Assembly (NCBI GenBank): GCA_963724265.1
Contig: CAVRTU010000005.1
Span: 638,041 to 702,040 of the forward strand
Length of the DNA: 64,000 nt
Origin: an uncultured Gemmatimonadales bacterium
GTDB taxonomy: Bacteria; Gemmatimonadota; Gemmatimonadetes; Gemmatimonadales; GWC2-71-9
Direction: 5' to 3'
Part shown: positions 1-9,856 of the stretch, piece by piece
Layout of the letters: the number at the start of each line of letters is the position of its first letter
Numbering within the stretch: position 1 is the first letter of the stretch
Translations under genes and position numbers: made by a program
Notes under the pieces: model-generated
The model's database searches: none
Told to the model about the DNA's origin: nothing
The model's input: the letters and a program-made list of their open reading frames with translations, nothing else

Positions 1-977
1 TGTCGCCACCCCTGCGGACCCTGTTCGCCGCCGCCGCCGTGGTTATCGTAACCTACGGCGTCCGCGAGGCCTCCGGGCCCGTCTCTGCGGTACTGCTTGC
101 CGCCCTGCTGGCGCAGACGATTCAGCCGTTCCGCGCATGGCTCCACGCGAAAGGGCTTTCGTCCAGCGCCTCGCTGGCCGTCACGATCCTGCTGTTGCTC
201 GTGGGCGGGCTGGGCATCAGCTCTCTCCTGGCCACGTCGCTGGGCCAGCTGAGCAGCAACGGACCGCTCTACTGGGCCAACCTCCAGGGCCTCGAGGCGA
301 GCGCCGAGGCCTGGCTCCAGACCCACGGCATCACGCTGCCCGACTATTCGCACCTGAGCGCCCTCAATCCGGGCAAACTCGCCGGGCTGGTCGGAGGGCT
401 CGCCTCCTCGGTGCTCTCGGCGCTGGGCAATACGGCGGTCATCCTGTTGCTGATGGTACTCATGCTGGTCGATGCGGGCTCCGAGCCGGGAAGCCCGGGG
501 GGCACCTTTGCTCGGCTGAACAAGTACGCGGGCCACACCCAGCAGTACATCAAGATCACCAGCATCACCGGGCTCATCTTCTCGGTCCTGGTCACGATCG
601 TCATGCTGATCGTGGGGACCGACGGCGCCGTGACCTGGGGGGTGCTGGGGTTCTTCCTGAATTTCGTGCCGAACTTCGGCATGATCCTGACCGTAATTCC
701 GCCCGTGCTGCTGACGCTGCTGGAGCGCGGATGGGCCCCGGCCGCGGTCGTACTCGTGGCGTTCATCCTGATCAACTTCCTCACCGACACCGTGATCAAG
801 CCGCGGTTCATGCGGACAGGACTGAACCTGGGGATCCTCGAGAGCTTCCTGGTCCTCATGTTTTTCGGCTGGGTGCTTGGTGCGGCCGGCACCGTGCTTT
901 CGATTCCGGTCTACCTGACCTTCAAGGAGGTCATCCGCGGCCACGCGACCCCGGCGGGCGCCGCGCCCCGGGGCTGA
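1..977 (+). CDS. AI-2E family transporter (PerM/UPF0118-type permease); 5' end lies upstream of the window
   Basis: Frame is open from the window edge to TGA 975-977. Uninterrupted multi-TM translation with GVLGFFLNFVPNFGMILTVIPPVLL and FLTDTVIKPRFM blocks typical of AI-2E/PerM permeases. Confidence 0.75.
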   Translation, partial: SPPLRTLFAAAAVVIVTYGVREASGPVSAVLLAALLAQTIQPFRAWLHAKGLSSSASLAVTILLLLVGGLGISSLLATSLGQLSSNGPLYWANLQGLEASAEAWLQTHGITLPDYSHLSALNPGKLAGLVGGLASSVLSALGNTAVILLLMVLMLVDAGSEPGSPGGTFARLNKYAGHTQQYIKITSITGLIFSVLVTIVMLIVGTDGAVTWGVLGFFLNFVPNFGMILTVIPPVLLTLLERGWAPAAVVLVAFILINFLTDTVIKPRFMRTGLNLGILESFLVLMFFGWVLGAAGTVLSIPVYLTFKEVIRGHATPAGAAPRG

Positions 978-997
978 GCGACGAAGGGTGCGAGGAG

Positions 998-1615
998 CTA
1001 GTCCCCCCTGAGCGCTTCGACGAGCCGCGCCAGGGCCCGGCCCCGGTGGCTGACGGCGTCCTTTTCCTCCGGCGAGGCTTCGCCGAACGTCTTGCCGAGG
1101 TCGTCGCTGAAGAAGAGCGGATCGTAGCCGAAGCCGCCGGTTCCCTCCGGCGCCTCGAGGATCCTCCCCGCCGCAGCTCGCCCTCGAACACCTCGGGGAG
1201 CGCCCCCACCTTCCGCACCAGCACCAGCACGCAGCGATAGCGCGCCCGCCGCTTGAGCCTCCGGCGCGCCCCGCAGCCGTCGCAGCAGCTCGGCATTGTT
1301 GGCGGCGTCCACCTCGGCGGCGGTGCCGGTGGCGCCCGCCCAGCGCCTGGAGCGGGTTCCCGGCGCGCCCGCCCAGCGAGAGCACCTCGAGCCCCGAGTC
1401 ATCGGCCACGGTCGGCAGCCCGCTCCGCGGGCGAAGTACTCCGCCTTTGCCGGGCGTTGGTCTCGAAGGAGTCGGAGGTCTCGAGGCGGTCTTCCTCGGG
1501 TCGCTCGAAGATGCCCGACGTCATCGGGAAAGACCACCTCGTGCCCGGCCGCACCGAGCACCCGTCGCATCTCGCGCTGCTTGCCCGCGCTCCGGGTGGC
1601 CACCAGCAGCTTCAC
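998..1615 (-). CDS. rdgB: dITP/XTP pyrophosphatase RdgB (Ham1 family); frameshifted as given
   Basis: [32 protein letters not shown] and [35 protein letters not shown] (ORF 998..1975) are Ham1 signatures. The internal [18 protein letters not shown] block sits in the 931..1296 frame, so there are at least 3 frame breaks. GTG start overlaps the rph stop (GTGA at 1612-1615). Confidence 0.8.
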   Translation of the reverse strand: MKLLVATRSAGKQREMRRVLGAAGHEVVFPDDVGHLRATRGRPPRDLRLLRDQRPAKAEYFARGAGCRPWPMTRGSRCSRWAGAPGTRSRRWAGATGTAAEVDAANNAELLRRLRGAPEAQAAGALSLRAGAGAEGGGAPRGVRGRAAAGRILEAPEGTGGFGYDPLFFSDDLGKTFGEASPEEKDAVSHRGRALARLVEALRGD

Positions 1616-2326
1616 CAGCCGAGCGCCTTGCGCTGATCGGCGAAGAGCCGGGTGATGCCGCCGTGGGCCAGGTCGATGATCCGGTCGAGCTCCGGGACGA
1701 TCGAAGGTGCCGTGCTCGCCGGTGCCCTGGACCTCGACGAAGCGGTCCGGCGCGAGCATCACGACGTTGGCATCGACGCCGGCGTCCTTGTCCTCCAGGT
1801 AGGCGAGGTCCAGGCGGGGCTCGCCCTCGATGATGCCGACGGAGACGGCCGCCACCAGCGTGCCGAAGGGATTGGGCCCGCCGGTCCGCGCGGCCAGCCA
1901 GGCGCACGCATCGGCCAGGGCCACGCACCCGCCGGTGATGCTGGCGGTGCGGGTGCCGCCGTCGGCCTGCAGCACGTCGCAGTCGATCGCGGATGGTGTA
2001 CTCGCCGAAGGCCATCGTCTTCATCGCCGCACGCAGCGACCGGCCGACCAGCCGCTGGATCTCCTGGGTGCGCCCGCCGGGACCGTTCCGCTCGCGGCTG
2101 GTGCGCTCGTGCGTGGCCCGGGGCAGCATGGCGTACTCGGCGGTGACCCATCCTTCGCCGCTGCCCCTTCTTCCACGCCGGGCACGCCGGCGTCCACGCT
2201 GGCGGTGCAGTGGACGAGGGTGCCGCCCATCCGGATCAGGCAGGAGCCCTCGGCATAGGGGTTGGCGCCCCGCTCGAGGACGAGCGGGCGCAGCTGGTCA
2301 TTGGCACGGCCGTCAGGACGAGGCAC
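1612..2326 (-). CDS. rph: Ribonuclease PH; frameshifted as given
   Basis: Consecutive RNase PH blocks lie in three frames: [42 protein letters not shown] (2021..2548), [35 protein letters not shown] (1521..2129) and [35 protein letters not shown] (998..1975). Reconstructed end ..[28 protein letters not shown] 1612-1614. Confidence 0.85.
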
Positions 2327-2792
2327 GCAGACGCTCCACGATGGCAGTTGAGGAATAGCCGGCGACGACCGGCACGCGCACGACCCGCCCGCCGCGCGCC
2401 TCGACCAGGTCGGCGCCGACGATCCGGTCCCGCGTGTAGTCGGCGCCCTTGACCAGCACGTCGGGCTCGAGCAGCGCGGATCAGGTCGAGCGGCGTGTCC
2501 TCGTCGAAGAGGACCACGCAGTCCACCGACGGCGAGGGCGGCGAGCACCCGGGCCGCGGCCGCCCTCGGGCACGACCGGACGGTCGGCGCCCTTGCCCAG
2601 CCGGCGGACCGAGGCGTCGCTGTTGACGCCGACGATGAGCGCGTCGCCCTCGCCGCGGGCCGCCTCGAGCAGTGCGATGTGGCCGGGGTGCAGCAGGTCG
2701 AAGACCCCGTTGGTGAACACGACCGGACCGACGACCGAACGGCGCCAGGCGGCGGCCGCGGCCCAGTCCCGGACCCGCGCGGCGGTGTTCAC
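2313..2792 (-). CDS. Cytidylyltransferase-fold adenylyltransferase, RfaE domain II-like (D-glycero-beta-D-manno-heptose-1-phosphate adenylyltransferase); frameshifted
   Basis: [50 protein letters not shown] (HxGH motif), then [16 protein letters not shown] and [18 protein letters not shown] in other frames. GTG start overlaps the antiporter stop (GTGA), and the 3' end overlaps the rph GTG start. Confidence 0.7.
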
Positions 2793-4126
2793 GCTTCGAC
2801 CGCGGCCGGCGGCACCCTGCCCGTTCGAAGCAGCAGCTTGAGGGCGATCGGGGCCACGAACGTCGTGCGCCATGACCATGAGGACGACGGCGCCGAAGAG
2901 CTGCTGGTCGAGGACGCCGGTGCGCCGCCCCAGGTCGGCGAAGATGAGTCCGACCTCGCCGCGGGGCACCATGCCGACGCCAACGGTCAGCCGATCGAAC
3001 GCCTGCCCAGGGGGCGCCCCAACCGGCAAGCAGCTTGCCGACGATGGCGATCACCGTGAGGGCGCCCGCCGTCGCCAGCAGCCGCGCCGGCGCCCGGGCG
3101 TCGTCGGGTTGAGCAGCGAAAGGTCAAGCGCGGCGCCGACCTTCACGAAGAAGATCGGGGCGAAGATCGCAGCGACCGGGCTCATCGCGCTGCTCGATTT
3201 CCTTGTGCTGCCTGGTGCGCGGAAAGGATCAGGCCGCCGGCGAAGGCGCCGATGATGAGCGCCGAGCCGGCCATGGTGGCCAGGGCGGAAATCGCGAGCA
3301 CGAAGGCGAACGAGAGGACGGCCAGCGTCTGCCGGGCCCGCATCCGGTGCACGAGGCCGAAGACCGCCGGCGCGGTCCGGTTGCCGACGAACACCGCCAT
3401 CACCAGGAAGCCGACGGCGAGGGCCAGGATCCGGCGCGACGTCGACCAGGTTGACCGCTCCGCCGGCGGCCAGGTGCCGACGATGCTGAGGATGACCAGG
3501 CCCACGATGTCGTCGATGACCGCGGCCCCGAGGATCACCCGCGCCTCGGCGGAGCGGAGCCAGCCCAGGTCGCCGAGGATCCGGGCGGTGATGCCGACGG
3601 AGGTGGCGGTGAGGGTGGCGCCGACGAAGAGGGCGGTGAGCGTGAGTGTCGGGACGCCGCGGCCGGATGCGGCGCCAGGGTCCAGAAGAGGTAGCCGCCG
3701 GCGAACGGGAGGACGACGCCGATCAGGGCCACCGACGCGGCAGCCGGGCCGACCCGGAACATCGCCTTGAGGTCGGTTTCGAGCCCGACCTCGAACAGGA
3801 GCAGGACGACGCCGAGCCCGGCCAGGAGGTCCACCGTATCGGCGGCGAATCCGGGAGCCGGTGGGAACGAAGTTGAGCAGCCCGGGGCCCAGCACGACAC
3901 CGGCCAGCAGCTCGCCCAGGACCGCGGGCTGGCCCAGCCGCTCGCAGAGCTCACCGAGCAGCTTGGCGCCGACCAGCATTCCTGCCAGGATGCCGAAGAG
4001 CTTGACGGTCTCGGGGGAGTCGGCCGCCGCCCACAGCGGCGACGGGGCCAGGAGGAAGACTCCGGCGAAGACGGCGAGGAGCAGCCCCGGCCGGGGGCGG
4101 TGGGTCAACCGGCTAGAGGGGCTCAA
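2789..4126 (-). CDS. Monovalent cation:proton antiporter (CPA2, Kef/NapA-like); frameshifted
   Basis: [50 protein letters not shown] (3535..3954 frame), [36 protein letters not shown] and [27 protein letters not shown] are ordered Na+/H+-exchanger blocks spread over at least 3 frames. Confidence 0.75.
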
Positions 4127-4490
4127 CCGCGCGGGGCTTGAAGACGAACTCGTGGTCGAAGAGCGGCAGCGTCACTCGCTCGCTGTAGGTGGTTTCGATG
4201 TTGATCTCGCGATTGCGGCCGCTGCCTGTGCGGGCGATGATGAACTTCTTGGCCGAGTCGGGCAGGGCAAGATCGACCACCTTATCCTCCAGCCGGCGCC
4301 GGATGACGGCATCGGAGAGGCTGGGCGCCAGGCGCGCCGAGATTTCCATGTCGTCCCTCAGCTGGTAGTACCGAAGGTAGACCTTGCCGATGTTCACCCC
4401 GTAGTAGACCGCGGCGACGAAGATCAACAGGGAGAAGATGCAGCCCAGCGTACTGCCACCCCGCTGAGAGGCGCGTCCAGCGATCACCAT
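4113..4490 (-). CDS. Hypothetical membrane-anchored protein
   Basis: Intact 125-aa ORF with one N-terminal TM helix (GCIFSLLIFVAAVYYGV). It overlaps both neighbours by 7 and 14 nt. No family recognised. Confidence 0.5.
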   Translation of the reverse strand: MVIAGRASQRGGSTLGCIFSLLIFVAAVYYGVNIGKVYLRYYQLRDDMEISARLAPSLSDAVIRRRLEDKVVDLALPDSAKKFIIARTGSGRNREINIETTYSERVTLPLFDHEFVFKPRAVEPL

Positions 4491-4993
4491 TGGGATTGCG
4501 CTCCCTCGACGATGTCGGTCACGAGTTTATCCACCGCTTTCTGTCGCCCCGCTTCTTCGGCACCGGGGGTGTAATCGCCGTCGAGCACCAGTCCCGAGCG
4601 CTGCCAGAGCGTCTTCCCCGTCTTCTGGGCCACGATTTCGACCGAGAGCGTGATCTGCACCAGCCGGCGCGTGACGTCCACCTGCTGATTGGACGAATTG
4701 CCGGTATAGGCCACCGGCAGGTCCGGGTCATACCGGGTGATCGTTCCCCTGACGACGGCGTCCGCACTGCTCTCGCCCGCCTGCCGCAGGCCGAGCCGGC
4801 CTTCGACGGCCTCCCGCACGGCCTGCGCGATCTGCAGCGTGAGGGCCGGTTCGGAGGTCAGGTTGTCGAACGGCATGACCGCCACGGTCTTGATATCAGG
4901 CGGCAGGCCGCCGCCGGAGAACTTGTACCAGCAGCCGGCAAGGGCGATGAGGCTAAGGCTCGCGACGACGCCATGTATCGGGCGGAAAGTCAC
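4484..4993 (-). CDS. Lipoprotein, LptE-like (tentative)
   Basis: Intact ORF. Signal peptide with lipobox LIALAG|C. Size and the KTVAVMPFDNLTSEP pattern resemble LPS-assembly lipoprotein LptE. Confidence 0.5.
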   Translation of the reverse strand: MTFRPIHGVVASLSLIALAGCWYKFSGGGLPPDIKTVAVMPFDNLTSEPALTLQIAQAVREAVEGRLGLRQAGESSADAVVRGTITRYDPDLPVAYTGNSSNQQVDVTRRLVQITLSVEIVAQKTGKTLWQRSGLVLDGDYTPGAEEAGRQKAVDKLVTDIVEGAQSQW

Positions 4994-5666
4994 CCTGTTC
5001 CGTGTTCAGGTAGAAATTGAGGTCGAGCTGGGCCGGCCGGTGCGGCACGGTGAGCCGCGAAGAGGCCAGGTGCCCCTCGGCGTCGAGCCGGGTCTCGACC
5101 CGGCCCACCAGCTTTCCAGCGTGTCGCACCACCGCGTAGAACCGGGCCGGCGAGGCATGTGCCTGCCAGAGATACTCCACGGTGTCCGCCCCGTTCGCGT
5201 ACTGGACGAACACCTGCTGGCTGTCGACCAACCCGTTCAGGGCATCGGAGTCCGACGGCCCCAGCGCCACCGCGAACATGGCCCAGAGCAGCGGGTAATT
5301 GGGCACCATGTCCTTGACCGACTTCTCCGGGTCGACCCAGATCTCCGAATCGCCCAGGACGAAGGCGGCCGCCCGACCCACGCCCAGCGGACCCGCGATG
5401 TCGATTCGCATCGAGTCGGGCCCAGCGACCCTGGCGCTGCCCCGCCCGCCGCTGCTCGAGCGCTCGTCCTTGAAGGACCACTTGAAGCGGCTCAGCCGGT
5501 GTCCGCTGGGCTGAGTGGAATCGACGAAGGCTTGTACTCGCTCCCGGGCGATCGGCTCCGCCCCGGTAGGCGCCAGCGAGGGCGGTGGTCCGCCGGCGCA
5601 GGCTGCAACAGCTAGAGCAAGATAGGGGATGTGTCGGAGGCGGTCAACACCAAATCGTTGCCACAT
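4953..5666 (-). CDS. Putative lipoprotein, function unknown
   Basis: Intact 237-aa ORF with lipobox LAVAA|C. No catalytic motif recognised. The last 40 nt overlap the next gene. Confidence 0.5.
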   Translation of the reverse strand: MWQRFGVDRLRHIPYLALAVAACAGGPPPSLAPTGAEPIARERVQAFVDSTQPSGHRLSRFKWSFKDERSSSGGRGSARVAGPDSMRIDIAGPLGVGRAAAFVLGDSEIWVDPEKSVKDMVPNYPLLWAMFAVALGPSDSDALNGLVDSQQVFVQYANGADTVEYLWQAHASPARFYAVVRHAGKLVGRVETRLDAEGHLASSRLTVPHRPAQLDLNFYLNTEQGDFPPDTWRRREP

Positions 5667-5706
5667 CAGAAGTTATCCACGGCGTGAAGAAAACCTTCGA
5701 TCGGCC

Positions 5707-7743
5707 TCATCGGTGAATCGTCTTGATCAGGTCGCCTTGAGTGAGGCGGGCAAGCGTCCCCTGGTCGTCCACCACCCGGCCGAACACCGTGTAGATGCCG
5801 TCGAGACTCGGCTGCGGGCTCAGGGTGACGAACCACTGGCTGCCGCCGGTGTCGGGGCCGGACAGAGCCATCCCTACCGTGCTGACGCCGTAGCGCACCG
5901 GATTGATCTCGTCGCGAATGCTCCACCCAGGGCCGCCCCACCCGTCGCCGCGCGGATCGCCGTCCTGGGCCACGAAATTGGGCACGACCCGGGGCCAGCG
6001 AAGGCCGTTGAAATAGCCGCGGTCCACCAGCGACAGGAAGTTGGCGACCGTCAGCGGCGCGTCACTTCCCAGCAACTCGATCCCGAAGTTGCCCTTGGCG
6101 GTTTCGATGGTGACGTGGGGCGCCTGGCCCTCGCCCGGAGTGACGATGAACAGCTCGGCGAGCTCGCGGTAGTCCTGCATCGAGCGGGTGGTGGCCACCG
6201 GGGCCGGGTCGCCCCACTCCGATGACAGGTCGGGCCAATGGTCGTGCACCCAGAGCCGCACGGCGTAGTCGGGCGAACGCCGCTGGCCCGCGATGAATTC
6301 CGTCATGACCCGGCGGTGTCCCTCCTCGCCACCATTGCTGATCGCGGCCAGCGCACCCAGGATCGAGAACGCGGCGTCGGGAACCGAATCGAGCGCGGAA
6401 GTGCGATAGGCCTTCACCAGCCCGGGCACGTCGTCGGGATCAGCCTCACGGGCGAGCACATCGGCGGAGAGACTGCGGACCGCCACGTCGGTGCTGGTGA
6501 CCAGGGATCGCGCCGCGGCGACAAGCCTGGGAGAGGGATCCACGGCGGCATCCACCCACCCCTGGAGTGCGGCACCGACGACCCGGGGGTCACGGTCGGC
6601 CAGGATCAGCGCCATGGCGCTGGAATCGCTGGCCCCGGTCAACCCCCAGCCCTGGGCGGCGACGGCGCGCTCCCGCCAATCGGCACTGTGCGCCCAGGGC
6701 CCCTGCACCTCGGCGAACGAGGCGGAGTCAATACTGGCCAGCGAGAGCAGGGCCGCCCGCCGCAGGGCGAAGTACCCCTTCCCCGAGGCCACCACCTTGA
6801 GATCGGCCGCGGCGGCGCGTTCGCGGGCAGTGCCCAGCGCTTCCGCGGCCGCGACCGCGACGTTGGGCATCTGGTCCACGAGCAGGGGGCCGAGGGCGCG
6901 ACGTACGGATTCGCCCCGAAAGCTTCCCAGGCTCCGGGCGGCCTGGATCCGCACCCCGGCATCCACGTCGGCGCAGGCCTGCCCGAGCTGGCCCATCACG
7001 CCGGCGTGTCCCAGCCGGGCTGAATCGGCGTAGGCCCGGGTCAGCGTCCTCGCGGCCCAGGCGCGCACCAGCGGGTTCTGGTCGCGCAACCCCGCCAGCA
7101 TCCGGTTTCCGGCCGAGATGGCGCGCAGCCTGCCGAGGGTGTAGAAGGCCGCCACGCGGGCGAGGATGCTGTCGGTCTCGAGATATGGCAGCAGCTGGTC
7201 CACCGGGGCGTCGTGGCCCAGGCGCCAGGACTCCCGGACCACGGCGCTGATGGCGGTCCAGCGGTCGTTCTCATCCGACAGCCCGGATCCCCCCAGAAGA
7301 TTGCGGAATTCGGCCCCCGCCTCTGGCCCGCCGATCTTGGCGATGGCCGTCACGATCTCCGCCACGGTCACCGGCGGCAGGGGCCGGGGCTCGGAGAGTC
7401 GGTTCACCAGCGCCGGGAGCGCCGCGGAATCCGCCAGCTGCCCGAGGGCGAACGCCGCTTCGGTCTGCACGGTTGAATCCTCGTCGGCCAGGGCGCGGAC
7501 CAGGAGGGGGAGTCCATCCGGAGTCCCGATCCGGCCCAGGGCGCGCGCCGCCACGCGGCGCACCAGGGGATCGGGCTGGGCCATCGCGACCCCGAACATG
7601 GTCTCGTCGTACCGCCGGGCGTCCTCGGCCGCGAGCAGCTGGGCCACCTGCTCCACGGCCGCCCCGGCCTGGGCCCGCAGCGGAAGGGCGCCAACCAGGG
7701 AGGCGAGGAGCAGGAGAGTCACCGGGCGCAGCCGCTGATGCAT
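5707..7743 (-). CDS. Secreted HEAT-repeat protein fused to a C-terminal cyclophilin-type peptidyl-prolyl isomerase
   Basis: Intact 678-aa ORF. Signal peptide LLLLASLVGALPLRAQA. HEAT-like repeats (DPLVRRVAARALGRIG, NPLVRAWAARTL, DAGVRIQAARSLG). C-terminal cyclophilin domain VTIETAKGNFGIELLGSDAPLTVANFLSLVDRGYFNGL..GMALSGPDTGGSQWFVTL..DGIYTVFGRVV. Confidence 0.8.
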   Translation of the reverse strand: MHQRLRPVTLLLLASLVGALPLRAQAGAAVEQVAQLLAAEDARRYDETMFGVAMAQPDPLVRRVAARALGRIGTPDGLPLLVRALADEDSTVQTEAAFALGQLADSAALPALVNRLSEPRPLPPVTVAEIVTAIAKIGGPEAGAEFRNLLGGSGLSDENDRWTAISAVVRESWRLGHDAPVDQLLPYLETDSILARVAAFYTLGRLRAISAGNRMLAGLRDQNPLVRAWAARTLTRAYADSARLGHAGVMGQLGQACADVDAGVRIQAARSLGSFRGESVRRALGPLLVDQMPNVAVAAAEALGTARERAAAADLKVVASGKGYFALRRAALLSLASIDSASFAEVQGPWAHSADWRERAVAAQGWGLTGASDSSAMALILADRDPRVVGAALQGWVDAAVDPSPRLVAAARSLVTSTDVAVRSLSADVLAREADPDDVPGLVKAYRTSALDSVPDAAFSILGALAAISNGGEEGHRRVMTEFIAGQRRSPDYAVRLWVHDHWPDLSSEWGDPAPVATTRSMQDYRELAELFIVTPGEGQAPHVTIETAKGNFGIELLGSDAPLTVANFLSLVDRGYFNGLRWPRVVPNFVAQDGDPRGDGWGGPGWSIRDEINPVRYGVSTVGMALSGPDTGGSQWFVTLSPQPSLDGIYTVFGRVVDDQGTLARLTQGDLIKTIHR

Positions 7744-7744
7744 G

Positions 7745-8176
7745 TCAGAGTCTCACGAGGTCGGGAGCGACGGCGAGCACCGCGCGCACGTCGTCGGGGA
7801 GGCGGGCAAGTTCGTGGCGTTCATTGACGCAGACCAGCGCCGTCTCGGCGGTGGCCAGGAGCGAACCGTCATCGGCGTTTTCGATCGCATAGCCGAAGGT
7901 GACCCGGCGCGAGGCGACCTCGCGCAGCCAGCAGCGGATCCGGATCCGGTCGTCATAGCGCGCCGCCCGCAGATAGCGGACCCGAAGGTCGGTGACCACG
8001 AGCCGGAATCCGCGGGCCTCGAGGTCACGGTAGCTGTACCCCGCCACCCGCAGGTGCTCGGTCCGCGCGATGTCCAGCCAGACGACGTAGCGGGCGTGAT
8101 AGGCCACGCCCATCTGGTCGGTCTCGGAGTAATTGACCCGGACTTCGCTCTGTGAGTACTGCCCGTCTGTGGACAC
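7745..8176 (-). CDS. Acyl-CoA thioesterase, YbgC/4HBT hotdog family
   Basis: Intact ORF with SEVRVNYSETDQMGVAYHARYVVWLDIARTEHLR signature. Its stop abuts the start of the HEAT-PPIase gene. Confidence 0.8.
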   Translation of the reverse strand: MSTDGQYSQSEVRVNYSETDQMGVAYHARYVVWLDIARTEHLRVAGYSYRDLEARGFRLVVTDLRVRYLRAARYDDRIRIRCWLREVASRRVTFGYAIENADDGSLLATAETALVCVNERHELARLPDDVRAVLAVAPDLVRL

Positions 8177-8255
8177 GATGCTCCCTGGCTGCTGGGTGAC
8201 CGCCTGGCCTGGCGGGCGCTTGCCCCTCCGGCCGGCGGGTGTCTATCTTCGCCGC

Positions 8256-9024
8256 GTGCAAGGCCACCGACTCGTCGTCGTCTGCGATGCCCACCTGGGC
8301 GCCGGTTCGCCGGCGACCGAAGCGGCCTTCCTCGACTTTCTCGACGCGGTCCCCTCGCTGGGCGACGCGCTCCTGGTCAACGGCGACCTGTTCGACTTCT
8401 GGTTCGCCTGGCGGCGGGTCATTCCCCGCGCCGGATTTCCGGTCGCGGCGGCGCTGGCCCGGCTGCGGCGCCGGATGCCGGTCATGATGACCGGCGGCAA
8501 TCACGACCGCTGGGGCGACGACTTCTGGCGGGCCGACCTGGGCATCGAGTTCCACCCGTTCGAGGCACGATTCCGCTTTCGCCGGGCGAGACGTCCTCGC
8601 CATCCACGGTGACGGCATCACCGACCGGAACTGGAGCGCCCGCGCCCTGCAGCGCCTCACCCGTCATTCCGCCACCGTGTGGCTCTTCGCGGCGCTCCAC
8701 CCGTCCCTCGGCTTCCGTCTCGTGGACGCGATGAATCACCGGCTGGGGAACACCGTCACCGACCCGGTGGCGCTCACCGCCGCGAGCCAGCGCCAGCTGA
8801 GCTGGGCCGAGGCACGGCTGGCGGCCGAGCCCGCCCTTGGGCTCATCATCATGGGGCACACCCACCGCCCCGCCCTTTCGGAACCAAGCCCCGGCCGCTG
8901 GTACGTCAACCCCGGGGCGTGGTTCGACGGCGGGCGATACGCCGTCTGCTCCGAATCCAACGTGGAGTTGCGGCAGTTCATGGGAGCAGGGAGCGGGGAG
9001 CCGGGAGCGGTCGGTACACCGTAG
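8256..9024 (+). CDS. lpxH: UDP-2,3-diacylglucosamine hydrolase (LpxH)-like metallophosphoesterase; one frame break
   Basis: VVVCDAHLG..LLVNGDLFDFWF..MTGGNHDRW (8133..8612 frame) continues as AIHGDGITD..IIMGHTHRPAL..YVNPGAW (8677..9024 frame). Length 769 nt = 3n+1, with the break near 8590. The last 13 codons are encoded by the heptad repeat element. Confidence 0.6.
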
Positions 9025-9057
9025 CCCCCGCTCCCTGCTCACTGCTCCCCGCTCCCT
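8982..9057. repeat. REP/MITE-like palindromic element built from GGGAGCN heptads (copy A)
   Basis: (GGGAGCN)x4 at 8982-9010 faces (NGCTCCC)x4 at 9026-9057 around a 15-nt spacer. The left arm is nearly identical to 58084-58112. Confidence 0.7.
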
Positions 9058-9856
9058 ACCCCAGCCCCACTACCTCGGCTCCCCCCAGGCGCTCTCCAAT
9101 GAATCTGCTGCCGACGGCCTTGAAGCGCTGTTCGTCATCGCTCACCGCGAACCGGTGAACCACGGGCGCCCCGGCCGGCGCTTCGAGTCCGTCCACCCGG
9201 AGCTGCTCGGCCACCGCGCGCGCGGTCTCCTCGGCGCTGTCGATCAGGCGCACCCCGGGGCCCGCCACCCGCGCCAGCAGAGGCTTGAGCAGCGGGTAAT
9301 GGGTGCACCCCAGCACCAGCGATTCGATTCGCGCCGCCAGCAGCGGGGCGAGGTACTCGCGGGCCACGAGTTCGGTCGCCGGGTGGTCGAACCATCCCTC
9401 CTCGACGAAGGGCACGAAGAGCGGACAGGCCAGCTGGCGGACGTCGGCATCCGGCTTGAGCTCGCGGATGGCGCGGCCGTAGGCGCCGCTGGCGATGGTG
9501 CCGGCAGTCCCGATGACGCCGATCGGCCCTCCCCGCGCCGCGGCCACCGCCGCCCGGGCTCCAGGCCGGATGACGCCGATGACGGGGACCGGCGACTCGC
9601 CCTGCAGCACCTCCAGGGCGTGGGCGGTGCTCGTGTTGCAGGCGATGACCACCAGCTTGACCCGCTGCTCCAGCAGCCAGTGCAGGATTTCCCGGCTGTA
9701 CCGGCGAACCGTCTCGGGGCTCTTGGGCCCGTAGGGCACCCGCGCGGTATCGCCGAAATAGACCGTGGATTCACCGGGGAGCCGTTCGAAGATGGCCCGG
9801 GTCACCGTCAGCCCACCGAGGCCCGAATCGAAGATGCCGATGGGAGCGGGGTTCAC
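9056..9856 (-). CDS. murI: Glutamate racemase
   Basis: Intact ORF with IGIFDSGLGGLTV, VIACNTSTA and LVLGCTHYP motifs. GTG start overlaps the upstream stop (GTGA). Confidence 0.9.
   Translation of the reverse strand: MNPAPIGIFDSGLGGLTVTRAIFERLPGESTVYFGDTARVPYGPKSPETVRRYSREILHWLLEQRVKLVVIACNTSTAHALEVLQGESPVPVIGVIRPGARAAVAAARGGPIGVIGTAGTIASGAYGRAIRELKPDADVRQLACPLFVPFVEEGWFDHPATELVAREYLAPLLAARIESLVLGCTHYPLLKPLLARVAGPGVRLIDSAEETARAVAEQLRVDGLEAPAGAPVVHRFAVSDDEQRFKAVGSRFIGERLGGAEVVGLG

Noticed and set aside
8982-9057. Possible CRISPR array, because short repeated units occur here and at 58081-58150, 52833-52893 and 60403-60541
   Set aside because: The units are 7-nt tandem heptads arranged as inverted arms. 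They are not 25-40-nt direct repeats with unique spacers. No cas genes are present.
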